DNA from: Marsupella aquatica
Taxonomy: Eukaryota; Plantae; Marchantiophyta
DNA: 64,000 nucleotides
Assembly (NCBI GenBank): GCA_973895155.1
Contig: OZ316892.1
Coordinates: forward strand, 31,119,686-31,183,685
Reading direction: 5' to 3'
How positions within the stretch are numbered: position 1 is the first letter of the stretch; every line of letters begins with the position of its first letter. Shown here piece after piece: positions 51,853-64,000 of the stretch. Position numbers and translations under genes: made by a program. The notes beneath the pieces were generated by a model. It did not search any database and had not been told where the DNA came from. It saw nothing but the letters and a program-made list of their open reading frames with translations.

Positions 51853-54800
51853 ATGTATGTGAAGGAGATAACCTTGGACGGATTCAAGTCGTACGCTCAA
51901 AGGACTGTGGTTTCCGGCTTTGATCAGCAATTCAACGCAATAACAGGGCTGAATGGATCAGGGAAGTCGAACATCTTGGACTCTATTTGCTTCGTGCTGG
52001 GAATTACGAATTTGCAGCAAGTTAGGGCAAGCAACTTGCAAGAGCTGGTTTACAAGCAAGGGCAGGCGGGAATTACAAAAGCAACAGTTTCAATTCTGTT
52101 TGACAATTCGAACCGTAAGCGAAGTCCTATCGGCTATGAAGACTCGAGTGAGATTACTGTCACTCGCCAGGTAAGTTTACCCCTCACGAATTTATCTGAA
52201 CTTCATTTCATTCAATTTCCGATATTAAGTTGGCCCTCTTGCCGAGACACCCGTCTCTGTTGGCCTGGAAACAGTCAGTCTTTTCTTCCGATGCTCCCCA
52301 CACCTCGTGAATAAATATTTTGATGATCAATAGCCAAGAGAGATACCGGATCCAATGAGTGGCAGACAGAACATGAGAACATTTCGATTCGCACAGTATT
52401 CCATGGTCAGGCATTGTCTGATTATATGGTCTTTTGTCATACTGTAGATTATCGTTGGTGGACGGAACAAGTACTGGATAAATGGCCACGTAAGGCAGCC
52501 CACCCAGGTCCAAAATCTCTTCCACTCCGTACAGCTGAATATCAACAATCCTCACTTTCTCATCATGCAAGGTCGTATCACGAAAGTACTCAACATGAAG
52601 CCGCCTGAGATTCTGTCAATGCTAGAAGAGGCAGCTGGAACTAAGACGTACGAGTCGAAAAAAGAGAACGCTCTCAAGACTCTGGAAAAAAAGCAGGCGA
52701 AATTAAGTGGATGAAATTGACAACCTTTTGAGTCAAAACATCCTTCCAGCTCTCGAGAAGCTATGGAAAGAACGAGCGCAGTACCAGCAGTGGACTTCCG
52801 GCAATGCAGTGGTGGATCGTCTCGACAGATTCTGCATTGCTTTCGATTTTTCGGAGGCTGGAGGTTGAAGGAAGCTTCTTCGGGTGAGGAGGCCAAAATG
52901 CAAGACAAGGTTGAGGCTATTAAATTATCTGCCGTCGGTAAGATTAGAGGAAGAAATAGCCCAGAACGAGGCTTCTGTTGCTGCATTGACTGAGGCCAAA
53001 GAGAAGCAGATGAATAGTGACATGAGAAGTTTGTCTGATGCGGTGGATAAGCTCTTGTGAAGGTCGACTCTGCTGTCAATGCAAAACAAGAGTCTTTTGA
53101 CGTCGAGAAAGCTACCGCTGAGCAGGTATGCAACCAATCTCAGACGCCAAACTGTAAAGCAGGCAGGTTTTGGTACATGAGCCGTATCATGGGAGGTACC
53201 CCTGTTTACTCACCTCAATTTGCTGGCTGTTATCTATCAGCTGCAAAGAAATGTAAAGGATTTGGATGGTGTCATCGCCGCCAAAACTGCTGCTGAACTT
53301 CAAGCTGAGGAAGAATTTTCAGGTCTGAAAGAGAAAGTGGAGCAGCAGGCAAAGACATTGGAAGACCTTGAACGAGATTATCAGGTAGTTATTTGAACTC
53401 TGAGGATGCAAACAGGAATTGAGCCAACACTGATAAAACTGGTAATAATCTGCTATCGATGCTGACTTTAGCATGTTCATAGCAATATGTTTTTGTCTAA
53501 GAACAGTACACCAGCTGAAGGGTTTACTTTGAAGATTCAAATTTCGTCCATTCAGCAGAGTCCAGGTGAAAAGTCAGTGGCTCGTCGAAATTCGTTTGGT
53601 TCAGGGGATTCAAGCAGGGAAGGCTAGTGGGGCTGAACAAAAGAGTCTGGCAGACCAGCGAGATGATGCAAATGCTGCGGTAGGGAAAGCTCCGACTGAG
53701 GTGCAGCAGAGCAAAACAAAGATCAAACATCTCGACAAAGAGCTGAAAGCGAAATAGCAGCATTTCAATTCCAAGCAACACGAAGTAGCTGCTGCACAGG
53801 AGGAGCTGCGCTCACGTAAGGCGGAATTGGAGAAGCTGCAAGATGCCATAAATAAACTAGGATTCGAAGAGGACCGAATGAATTCCCTGGAACAGGTTCT
53901 CCCACAGTTGTGAACTCCCATTGTTTTGATTAGGACCTGTTCTTAGGTGTGCGGGGAATGTAGTGGCCCAATTGTATGACCTTGCGCATGTTTCTGCTGT
54001 GAATTTCTGGCTTCTAGCATGTCTACAAGGGTTAAGTGTAGGTGCAGTTCTCGTCTGCTGGGCGTGGAAATCTGCTCTTAATTATGTTGTATTCTATGTC
54101 CTTCGTCAACCTGTTGTTTTGCCCTTATCTGAACACGGTGCAATAACAAGTCACGAATTGGAATTGCAGTCATTCTCAGCTTTAATGAAGGCTGCTGTTC
54201 TCTTGGACGATTCTCGACAACCTAACAAACATTGACGTGAACATTGCACTCCAGAGCCGGAGAACCGAGGCTGAAACGGTAAAGGGACTCAAGACAACTT
54301 AGGTTAGCAATCTTACGGGGGAACTTTCGGGCCTTCAATTCTCATACAATGACCCTGAGAGGGGATTCGAGAAGTCACGGGTTAAAGGACCAGTACCACG
54401 CCTTGTGCAGGTGAATGATGCCTCTACTATGACTGCCCTTGAGGTGTGTGATCCCCAACTCCCATGTTTGTTGTTGAATTCATATTGTATTTCTTTGTAT
54501 GAAACTGCTATGGTGTGGCTTCACATTTTAACTTTGAGACACTATCAGGAGCCTGAAATGGTAGTACAAATCTTGCGAACAGGTTATTACAGGAAGTAAA
54601 TTTTATAATATTGTAGTGGACACTGAGCAAACTGCTAAACTGCTCCTAGAGAAAGGTGGGCTGCGCCGAAGGATTACCATCATTCCTCTCAACAAGATTC
54701 AAGCCAACCCCATCTCTTCGAGAACTCAGGCGGCAGCGGCCAAGCTGGTATGATTTATTTTCTGACGTATGTTCTCGCTAAAGAAAGGTTCCCATCTTGC

Positions 54801-57595
54801 ATCGCTTTCAGTGCTCTCTTCTTAGATTGGAAAGATTTATTCGAATCGTAATAGTTATTTATCTTCAGCAGATGCCGGAATTCATGGTTGGTTGTGTGAG
54901 ATATAAAGGGGTTGAGAAAATGATCTTTAGGTGGGAACTGCAAACTATTCGTATCCTCAGAATGAATGCTTCACTCTTTTGTTTGATTCTTTCGAAGGGG
55001 TGCTACGTTTGAAGATGGTCCCTGACAATGTTGCATTGCAAATGTCTTGTTCCTTAAATTTAGCCGCTGGATCTTTCACATATTGAGCAATCAGATCTGG
55101 TGTGTGTGACTCAGTGCTTCGCTTAGTCCAACTCGAAATTTCGCTATGATGGCCTTAAGATGTACAGTCTGAGCAGCTTTTGTCTCGTACAGGTACGGTG
55201 GGTCCTGCCAGGGCAAAACCAGCACTGTCCCTCGTTGGCTACCCTGACGAGCTTCAAGTAAGTTAAATGTAGCTTCCTGTCGTATTTAGAGATCAGCTTC
55301 TCCTGCTTTAGCGTATGCAAATATAGTTAGTCTCCAAGTAGACGATTCAAAGGTACTACGTATTAACAATTCTATTGACGTCTGTCTAACGTTTGGAGTA
55401 AAGAACATTCTGATATAGTGATGTCATAATGCAGGCGGCTATGGCTTTCGTTTTCGGTGGAGCGTTTGTCTGTAATGATACTGAAACGGCCAAACAGGTG
55501 AATTTCAGCAATTGCATATTATTTTGAAATTGTAGATCCTTATGATAAAGTTGACCCTTTTCATTAGTGCAGACTTCTTGAATACTAAAACCCCTACCAG
55601 TAGTTGACTTTATATTCATGCTAGCCTTGGAGTAAAATGATTATATTCGAAGTAAACTCAGCAGATTTTCGCTCAAGTATCGGCTGGTGTAGGTGGCTTT
55701 CCCACAAGGACGTCAATACTAAGTGGGTGACCCTGCAGGGGGATGTTTTTGAACCTCGTGGTCTTCTTACCGGTGGTTCGCGCAGGTCCGTTTCTGAGCT
55801 AATTCACTTTGTACGAACGTCCGAGTTGTGGAATGGAGCTATTGTTGCGATCAGCTCATCCGAAGTAAAGAAATTGAGCTATACAGGTTTCAAACGCTGG
55901 GCAGATTTTCCTCATGCGTACCGTCTCTGCTTAGAGTAACATAGAAGCATAGTGTCGCTGTAAGTCTAGATGTCCTGTAGAAGTCGCAGTGCAAGTATTT
56001 CATTTAATGTTTCCTTCCAGGAATGGTGGGGAACTCCTGATGCAACTTCATGCACTAGCAGAGGCGGAGGGCAGCTTGGCAGAGCATGTTCAGGCACTTT
56101 CAAAGATCGAGAAAGAGGTAAGGCTTTTATGTTTGATTTGGACATGACGTCGAGTTTATACATGACGCAGTAGAACTATGTGCAACAGGATCTGTTTATA
56201 CCAGGTCCATCCCCGTTGAGACTGGGTTCTTATAGCTACATCTGGTGGTCGTGAAGATTTTTGATCCAATGTACGACGACCTCCAGTTGTCCTTAATTTG
56301 TACATGCGAATGCTGCAGATTGAGAAGTTGGCACCCATGCAGAAGAAATATGCCCACTTAAAGTCACAATTGGAACTGAAGTCATATGATCTCTCTCTGT
56401 ATGAAACCAGGGCTGAGTAGAGCGAACATCACAAGGTTTGTTGCAATTTCTCGGTTCCAAACATGTTTCATCAGTGACAATTCAACGTGTCTGAGAATCA
56501 CTTTGTTGTGAGGAAAATGAGGGAGGATGTCCTTCTTAGGTTTTTACGGTCTACTGTCTTGGCATCAGAGCTTTGACAGTATAAGCGACTTCAGCCCCTC
56601 GTGTATGGCTACCCGTACGAGTTAGATATACTGCTGGGCTTAAGTTTACGAGCGCAAATTGTTGTTTCAATAGTAGCGCTCTTTCTCATGTTTACAGTCA
56701 AGATTCTTGGGATTTTCGAAGAGTGCAGTCGTCGTGAGTAGCAAAGTGTTTAGTCGGGTCCTTGTTAGCTTGACATCAAATACCTGCGCGATGTCAGCTA
56801 AGTGAGTCGATCTGAACAATGGAGGCCGAGCTGGACGCAGAAAAGAAGGACCTAGCCAACAAGGAGAACCATCACAATGAATGCATAAAGAAAGCCTCCG
56901 ACCTGGAGCGAGCAATTAACGAGCGTGGTCGGGACCGAGAAACTCGATTGAAAGACGTAGAGAAGAGTATCAAATCCATGAAATTGTAAAGACAATTCGA
57001 ATCTTGATTCTATGAATGAATGCTTAAGGGAAACGGGGGTCCCACATATATACCCGCTGAGTGACAATCGATCAAGATACATCAAAGGGTAGAAGACAAA
57101 GACCTAAAGATCTACGGTAAAGGCTAATAGCGTACATACTACGAACTAGTGAATCATCACAATAGACACCCGGATAATAAGGTGTGATATCCGGGGAGTG
57201 GACTCAGATACATGTCTGGTACAATCATGTATTAACACTTAGAAGCGCATGATACTTTGCACAATTAACAAAAAGGAAATGACAGCTGCATCGAAGGATC
57301 TTAAGGTACTTCAAAGTCACTTCTATCCCTTTGCTAAGTTTATATCGGACTGTTCGGAGTTCATGCTAATCAAATTATTGAGAAATGATTCGTTTCCAGC
57401 TGGCTAGGATGTCTCTTAAACAAATCTGTTAACTGGTTCTCTTCACAGGAACAAGAAGGAGCAAGAGAGAGGCTGCTCATGGAGAGGGAAGCTGCAGGGC
57501 ACGAGAAAATGGTTCTCGAGGGGCAAGTAGTTACAGCGCTTGCACAGTTAAAGTTAAAGAATATGGAAGCACATCTTGGTCAACTAGAGAGTGAG
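51853..57595 (+). pseudogene. SMC2: SMC2 (condensin subunit CAP-E) pseudogene, intron-containing, 3'-truncated
   Basis: Exon 1 (51853-52170) [39 protein letters not shown] (Walker A). Exon 2 from 52448 has [35 protein letters not shown]. Hinge motifs YNIVVD..LL..G.LRRRITIIPLNKI and VTLQGDVFEP.GLLTGGS. Lesions: 4-bp frameshift at ~52703, TAG at 53755 and 56418, and an exon insertion at ~56984. No C-terminal ABC signature or Walker B found before the telomere. Confidence 0.93.
56984..57272. mobile_element. ~290-bp solo-LTR-like insertion in an SMC2 exon
   Basis: Interrupts ATC AAA TCC ATG AAA | AAG GAA ATG ACA GCT GCA TCG AAG (IKSMK|KEMTAASK). It begins TGTAAAG and ends near CTTTGCA/..AACA; TSD not clean. 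Confidence 0.55.
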
Positions 57596-59201
57596 GTAAC
57601 TTAGGTGTTTCAGTGCTTTCGCTGTAGGTTCGTTGAATCTTGGCGTTAAGATGTGGTGAGCAATTTTGCTAGTAATAGCAGTCCTGAAATAGCACCAGGA
57701 ACAAGGGTTTTCTGTGGTGCTTGTGAATATACATTATCGTAGACTTTATGGCGGGCTCAAGTCTGCTGATATATTGTAATTTTACAATTTATTTTTTCAC
57801 AAGTTTGATGTTTAGTTTGTTTATTACAGATTTAAGGTTTAGTACATCTCTAAATAAGGTTTTTCTTGCACATATAATGGATTCTAATCATTCTGAACAT
57901 TTGTAATTGCAGCTTGAGTTGGCTATGGAGGGCAGAGTGATGGAGGCATCACAAATGCATCTCCATCACAAGTGCATGAGTAAGATGGAGGAGAAAGTAA
58001 AAGGATAGAGAAGGGACATCAATAGGATTGGGATTGTGATTTAGGGTGAGATTTAGGATAATGAGTCTTGTCCTAATTGAATGTGAGTATTGAGTAATAG
58101 CAGACTATTATAGTGGCTATATGAAGAGACTCAATGTAGTTAGAGGGATGAGTTGACCCTCTTGCATCATGTACTCTTTATTGTCTTTGTCTTTAAAATG
58201 AAATGTTACATATATGACATATTCCTCCTCTTTGTAAAGGTCTTTCGAAAGTGATTCATATGTCAATTGTAGTACTACCCCTAACCTAAATGTGATGTAG
58301 AATTGTATACTCAATAACATTGAAATAATGTTGGATTTTAGTATGGTATACTATATTGAAATGACAAACTAATTCCATTAGATCAGTTCAATATGGAATA
58401 TAGGACTATGTATTGGTGTAAAGATAAATGAAAGATGTTGAAACATTGATATAAAATGTCAAGTCGTACCCTCAAATAAATTATCCATAAACCTTAGAGA
58501 TTATGCAAAGAAGATAAGGAAAACCAGTGATATATGAGTGTCCAAAATATAATGTACAGATAATAAGTACCAATGACCCATGACATGTTAATGAAAATAA
58601 AGGTATTTATCATTGTCTTATCAACATTAGATACCTATCATTATATTGATGAAGAAGAGATGCTGGTTTATTGATGTATTGTCAATGAAATTCTATTTGA
58701 TCCCTGATGTTTGGACGGTTGAAACTACATTGTTATACTACATTGACCACATATTGATCTGTCAATGAAAGTCTATTAATTGAAGAATGGTTTTTATTAC
58801 CAAATGTATTGAAAATACATTGTTACACTGTCCATACAATATTGACCAAACATTGATCTAACAATGAAAATATAATGATCCAACAATGTATTTCATTGTA
58901 GAATCATGCAAGAATAAACGTGGAATAACTTGACAATGAATCATCACGATGAGCCCAATGATTTGTTAATGTAATATTTTGTGAAAATTACAAAGCAATG
59001 AATCATTGTGGCACCCACAAATATCTAGTAATGCCAGGTCAACATGATAACATTTATGATTTTACAGTGTATTCTTATCGCACCCTTCGTGAGTTTATAA
59101 ATCATTGTTTAATTGCAAAATAATAGGAACCCTAATTTCCTGATGTACATTCACAGTTGACGAGTCTTGGATTATTTGAGGAGCAGATTGATTGCAGGAG
59201 G

Positions 59202-59498
59202 CTCGGGGGTCTCACTATATGGGGACCTCCCCATCGCCTGCGACGTTTTTAGGCCTCGGACCCCCTAAAATGTAAGAAATTTTTTTTATTTTTTAACCAC
59301 TATAAAGTTGGAATATTCTTGAAATATTCTAAAAATTGGATTAAAAAGACCCTAATGTTCTTATAAGTCTCAAAATTGAATTTAAAAGACCCTAGTGTTC
59401 TTCTACAAAAATTCTTAAGTCTTCCCTTAGAACCAATAAAATGACCCTATCCTTCGTCGCACGTGATATGCCATTTTTGTGGAAGTGAGACCCCCGAG
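59202..59498. mobile_element. 297-bp MITE with perfect 15-bp TIRs and 8-bp TSD (hAT-like)
   Basis: TIR CTCGGGGGTCTCACT (59202-59216) / AGTGAGACCCCCGAG (59484-59498). TSD GCAGGAGG at 59194-59201 and 59499-59506. Confidence 0.9.
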
Positions 59499-60019
59499 GC
59501 AGGAGGGCGATATCCCCATGGCAACCCCATCGAAAAAGTTAATGGGGAAAGCTGTATGAAGCAAGTGAAAGACCCCTGACGGGTGGAATTGAAGATGCTT
59601 TTCCAGCTTGTCAATTAAAAAGCAAGGACCTGATCCGTGAGAACTTGAAGCCAGGATGGACCTTCAAGTATGCTGAAATGCTGATGTAGATTTGAGCAAC
59701 CCGGATGGACCTTGCCAAACGTATTATTTGACACGGATGACACTCTCTACATTTCAGTCCTAAAACTGACCTGTTACGGGTTGTAGAGGGTGGTCATTGT
59801 TGGGAAGCTCATCAGTTTGTCACTGTTCATGAGCGGGAGGGTGGTCATTGTTGAGAACCTCATCAGTTTGTCACTGATCATGAGCTGGTCAGCTGCAAGC
59901 TTATGCCATGATAGTTTTAAAAAAAACAGCATTTTACTAACCTGTCCCCTAAACTACCCAATACTATGAACTTGTTTCCCATTTTGTATTTGGGTTAATA
60001 TTAACTCTTGTATGGGTTA

Positions 60020-60046
60020 TAACCCTAAACCCTAAACCCTAAACCC
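60020..60046 (-). repeat. Inverted interstitial telomere tract (CCCTAAA)3-4
   Basis: TAACCCTAAACCCTAAACCCTAAACCC, opposite in orientation to the terminal array. Confidence 0.9.
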
Positions 60047-60662
60047 TGTATATATCTTCCTCTCACTCTGCGTGCAATGAGCCCGGTCTTCAGGCCATTT
60101 CAAGGTATTTAGGGAGCCTGTACAATGTCATATCTTCTCTGCACAGCGCGTGCAATGAGGCCGGTCTTCAGGCCTGTATATATCTTCTCTCCACAGCGCA
60201 TGCAATAAGGCCTGTACATATCTTCTTTGCACAGCGCGTGCAATGAGACCGGTCTTCAGGCCATTTCAGGGTATTTTTTATATATACATTTTCGTGCAGC
60301 CCAGTGATCGCAATGCCCGGTCTTTGCGGTCTTTTTCGTGGTCTTTTTGCCACGAGTGCCCGAAAAAGACCGTCCTGCCATGAAAATACAAAGGAACCAA
60401 CATTACAAAGCAAGTCGATCTCTACACAGCACGTGCAATGAGGCCGGTCTTCAGGCCATTTCAGGGTATTTAGGGAGCGCGGTGCATGGTCTCCTACATG
60501 CAGTGCACGGTCTCAACGTTTCAACATTTGGACTCCCCACAACATTATTGTTCAAACCTGTATATATCTTCTCTGCACAGCGCGTGCAATGAGGCCCGTC
60601 TTCAGGCCATTTCAGGGTATTTAGGGAGCGCGGAGCATGGTCTCCTACATGCTGTGCACGGT
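60047..60662 (+). repeat. Patchwork of telomere-associated repeat units related to 37368-39025
   Basis: About 6 partial copies of TGTATATATCTTCTCTGCACAGCGCGTGCAATGAGGCCGGTCTTCAGGCCATTTCAGGGTATTTAGGGAGC. Confidence 0.9.
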
Positions 60663-60663
60663 C

Positions 60664-61582
60664 GAGGGAGTTGTGTGTTGGGGTTGGGATGGGGAGGTTG
60701 AGAGGAGTGTTTTGGGGGGTGGGGGGTTGAGGGAGTTGTGTGTTGGAGTTGGGTTGGGGAGGTTGAAAGTGTGGGGGGTTGAGGGAGTTGTGGGGTTGGG
60801 ATGGGGAGGTTGAGAGGAGTGTTTTGGGAGAGGTGTGTGTTGAGTTGGGATTAGGAGGTTGAGAGTGTGGGGTGTTTAGGGAGTTGTGTGTTGGGGTTGA
60901 GATGGGGAGGTTGAGAGGAGTGTTTTGGGGGGTGGGGGGTTGAGGGAGTTGTGTGTTGGAGTTGGGTTGGGGAGGTTGAAAGTGTGGGGGGTTGAGGGAG
61001 TTGTGGGGTTGGGATGGGGAGGTTGAGAGGAGTGTTTTGGGAGAGGTGTGTGTTGAGTTGGGATTAGGAGGTTGAGAGTGTGGGGTGTTTAGGGAGTTGT
61101 GTGTTGGGGTTGAGATGGGGAGGTTGAGAGGAGTGTTTTGGGGGGTGGGGGGTTGAGGGAGTTGTGTGTTGGAGTTGGGTTGGGGAGGTTGAAAGTGTGG
61201 GGGGTTGAGGGAGTTGTGGGGTTGGGATGGGGAGGTTGAGAGGAGTGTTTTGGGAGAGGTGTGTGTTGAGTTGGGATTAGGAGGTTGAGAGTGTGGGGTG
61301 TTTAGGGAGTTGTGTGTTGGGGTTGAGATGGGGAGGTTGAGAGGAGTGTTTTGGGGGGTGGGGGGTTGAGGGAGTTGTGTGTTGGAGTTGGGTTGGGGAG
61401 GTTGAAAGTGTGGGGGGTTGAGGGAGTTGTGGGGTTGGGATGGGGAGGTTGAGAGGAGTGTTTTGGGGGAGGTGTGTGTTGAGTTGGGTTTAGAAGGTTG
61501 AGAGTGTGGGGGGTTGGGGAGGTGTGTGTTGAGTTGGGTTTAGGAGGTTGAGAGTGTGGGGGGTTGAGGGAGTTGTGTGTTG
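60664..61582 (+). repeat. 213-bp G/T-rich subtelomeric satellite (~4.3 units)
   Basis: The anchor TGTTTTGGGGGGTGGGGGG occurs at 60708, 60921, 61134 and 61347. No C on the + strand. Confidence 0.95.
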
Positions 61583-64000
61583 GGGTTTAGGGTTTAGGGT
61601 TTAGGGTTTTAGGGTTTTAGGGTTTAGGGTTTAGGGTTTAGGGTTTAGGGTTTAGGGTTTAGGGTTTAGGGTTTAGGGTTTAGGGTTTAGGGTTTAGGGT
61701 TTAGGGTTTAGGGTTTAGGGTTTAGGGTTTAGGGTTTAGGGTTTAGGGTTTAGGGTTTAGGGTTTAGGGTTTAGGGTTTAGGGTTTAGGGTTTAGGGTTT
61801 AGGGTTTAGGGTTTAGGGTTTAGGGTTTAGGGTTTAGGGTTTAGGGTTTAGGGTTTAGGGTTTAGGGTTTAGGGTTTAGGGTTTAGGGTTTAGGGTTTAG
61901 GGTTTAGGGTTTAGGGTTTAGGGTTTAGGGTTTAGGGTTTAGGGTTTAGGGTTTAGGGTTTAGGGTTTAGGGTTTAGGGTTTAGGGTTTAGGGTTTAGGG
62001 TTTAGGGTTTAGGGTTTAGGGTTTAGGGTTTAGGGTTTAGGGTTTAGGGTTTAGGGTTTAGGGTTTAGGGTTTAGGGTTTAGGGTTTAGGGTTTAGGGTT
62101 TAGGGTTTAGGGTTTAGGGTTTAGGGTTTAGGGTTTAGGGTTTAGGGTTTAGGGTTTAGGGTTTAGGGTTTAGGGTTTAGGGTTTAGGGTTTAGGGTTTA
62201 GGGTTTAGGGTTTAGGGTTTAGGGTTTAGGGTTTAGGGTTTAGGGTTTAGGGTTTAGGGTTTAGGGTTTAGGGTTTAGGGTTTAGGGTTTAGGGTTTAGG
62301 GTTTAGGGTTTAGGGTTTAGGGTTTAGGGTTTAGGGTTTAGGGTTTAGGGTTTAGGGTTTAGGGTTTAGGGTTTAGGGTTTAGGGTTTAGGGTTTAGGGT
62401 TTAGGGTTTAGGGTTTAGGGTTTAGGGTTTAGGGTTTAGGGTTTAGGGTTTAGGGTTTAGGGTTTAGGGTTTAGGGTTTAGGGTTTAGGGTTTAGGGTTT
62501 AGGGTTTAGGGTTTAGGGTTTAGGGTTTAGGGTTTAGGGTTTAGGGTTTAGGGTTTAGGGTTTAGGGTTTAGGGTTTAGGGTTTAGGGTTTAGGGTTTAG
62601 GGTTTAGGGTTTAGGGTTTAGGGTTTAGGGTTTAGGGTTTAGGGTTTAGGGTTTAGGGTTTAGGGTTTAGGGTTTAGGGTTTAGGGTTTAGGGTTTAGGG
62701 TTTAGGGTTTAGGGTTTAGGGTTTAGGGTTTAGGGTTTAGGGTTTAGGGTTTAGGGTTTAGGGTTTAGGGTTTAGGGTTTAGGGTTTAGGGTTTAGGGTT
62801 TAGGGTTTAGGGTTTAGGGTTTAGGGTTTAGGGTTTAGGGTTTAGGGTTTAGGGTTTAGGGTTTAGGGTTTAGGGTTTAGGGTTTAGGGTTTAGGGTTTA
62901 GGGTTTAGGGTTTAGGGTTTAGGGTTTAGGGTTTAGGGTTTAGGGTTTAGGGTTTAGGGTTTAGGGTTTAGGGTTTAGGGTTTAGGGTTTAGGGTTTAGG
63001 GTTTAGGGTTTAGGGTTTAGGGTTTAGGGTTTAGGGTTTAGGGTTTAGGGTTTAGGGTTTAGGGTTTAGGGTTTAGGGTTTAGGGTTTAGGGTTTAGGGT
63101 TTAGGGTTTAGGGTTTAGGGTTTAGGGTTTAGGGTTTAGGGTTTAGGGTTTAGGGTTTAGGGTTTAGGGTTTAGGGTTTAGGGTTTAGGGTTAGGGTTTA
63201 GGGTTTAGGGTTTAGGGTTTAGGGTTTAGGGTTTAGGGTTTAGGGTTTAGGGTTTAGGGTTTAGGGTTTAGGGTTTAGGGTTTAGGGTTTAGGGTTTAGG
63301 GTTTAGGGTTTAGGGTTTAGGGTTTAGGGTTTAGGGTTTAGGGTTTAGGGTTTAGGGTTTAGGGTTTAGGGTTTAGGGTTTAGGGTTTAGGGTTTAGGGT
63401 TTAGGGTTTAGGGTTTAGGGTTTAGGGTTTAGGGTTTAGGGTTTAGGGTTAGGGTTTAGGGTTTAGGGTTTAGGGTTAGGGTTTAGGGTTTAGGGTTTAG
63501 GGTTTAGGGTTTAGGGTTTAGGGTTTAGGGTTAGGGTTTAGGGTTTAGGGTTTAGGGTTTAGGGTTTAGGGTTTAGGGTTTAGGGTTTAGGGTTTAGGGT
63601 TTAGGGTTTAGGGTTTAGGGTTTAGGGTTTAGGGTTTAGGGTTTAGGGTTTAGGGTTTAGGGTTTAGGGTTTAGGGTTTAGGGTTTAGGGTTTAGGGTTT
63701 AGGGTTTAGGGTTTAGGGTTTAGGGTTTAGGGTTTAGGGTTTAGGGTTTAGGGTTTAGGGTTTAGGTTTAGGGTTTAGGGTTTAGGGTTTAGGGTTTAGG
63801 GTTTAGGGTTTAGGGTTTAGGGTTTAGGGTTTAGGGTTTAGGGTTTAGGGTTTAGGGTTTAGGGTTTAGGGTTTAGGGTTTAGGGTTTAGGGTTTAGGGT
63901 TTAGGGTTTAGGGTTTAGGGTTTAGGGTTTAGGGTTTAGGGTTTAGGGTTTAGGGTTTAGGTTTGGGTTTAGGGTTTAGGGTTTAGGGTTTAGGGTTTAG
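61583..64000 (+). repeat. Telomere, (TTTAGGG)n, about 345 units
   Basis: Continuous Arabidopsis-type repeat to the window end, with the G-strand oriented toward the terminus. Confidence 0.99.

Noticed and set aside
36474-60662. Telomere-specific retrotransposon (TRAS/SART/HeT-A-like)
   Set aside because: No RT or endonuclease ORF and no poly(A) tail joined to telomeric repeats.

Overview
Right-hand end of a land-plant nuclear chromosome. It ends in about 2.4 kb of Arabidopsis-type (TTTAGGG)n telomere, preceded by a C-free 213-bp subtelomeric satellite. The gene content suggests a bryophyte-like lineage (inference only). The window is TE- and pseudogene-rich, and I recognise no clearly intact host gene. 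The most notable element is a ~10.5-kb CACTA/EnSpm-type DNA transposon (c.1720-12290) lying between two ~99%-identical 1.5-kb direct repeats. It has an 8-exon TNP2 transposase on the minus strand, a divergent TnpA/Ptta-like gene and a cargo ORF. Nested in the first transposase intron is a SET-domain exon that can be spliced in frame to the same 5' exon as the transposase, giving a predicted alternative-splicing switch between transposase and a putative lysine methyltransferase. Further features are head-to-tail non-autonomous Helitrons, a long TE-associated coiled-coil ORF broken by one stop, a decayed L1 LINE, a truncated Copia with a nested solo LTR (5-bp TSD), two MITEs, several tandem repeats, an intron-containing 3'-truncated SMC2 (condensin) pseudogene, and an inverted telomere tract near the end. 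All splice sites and boundaries were read by eye, and no database searches were run.
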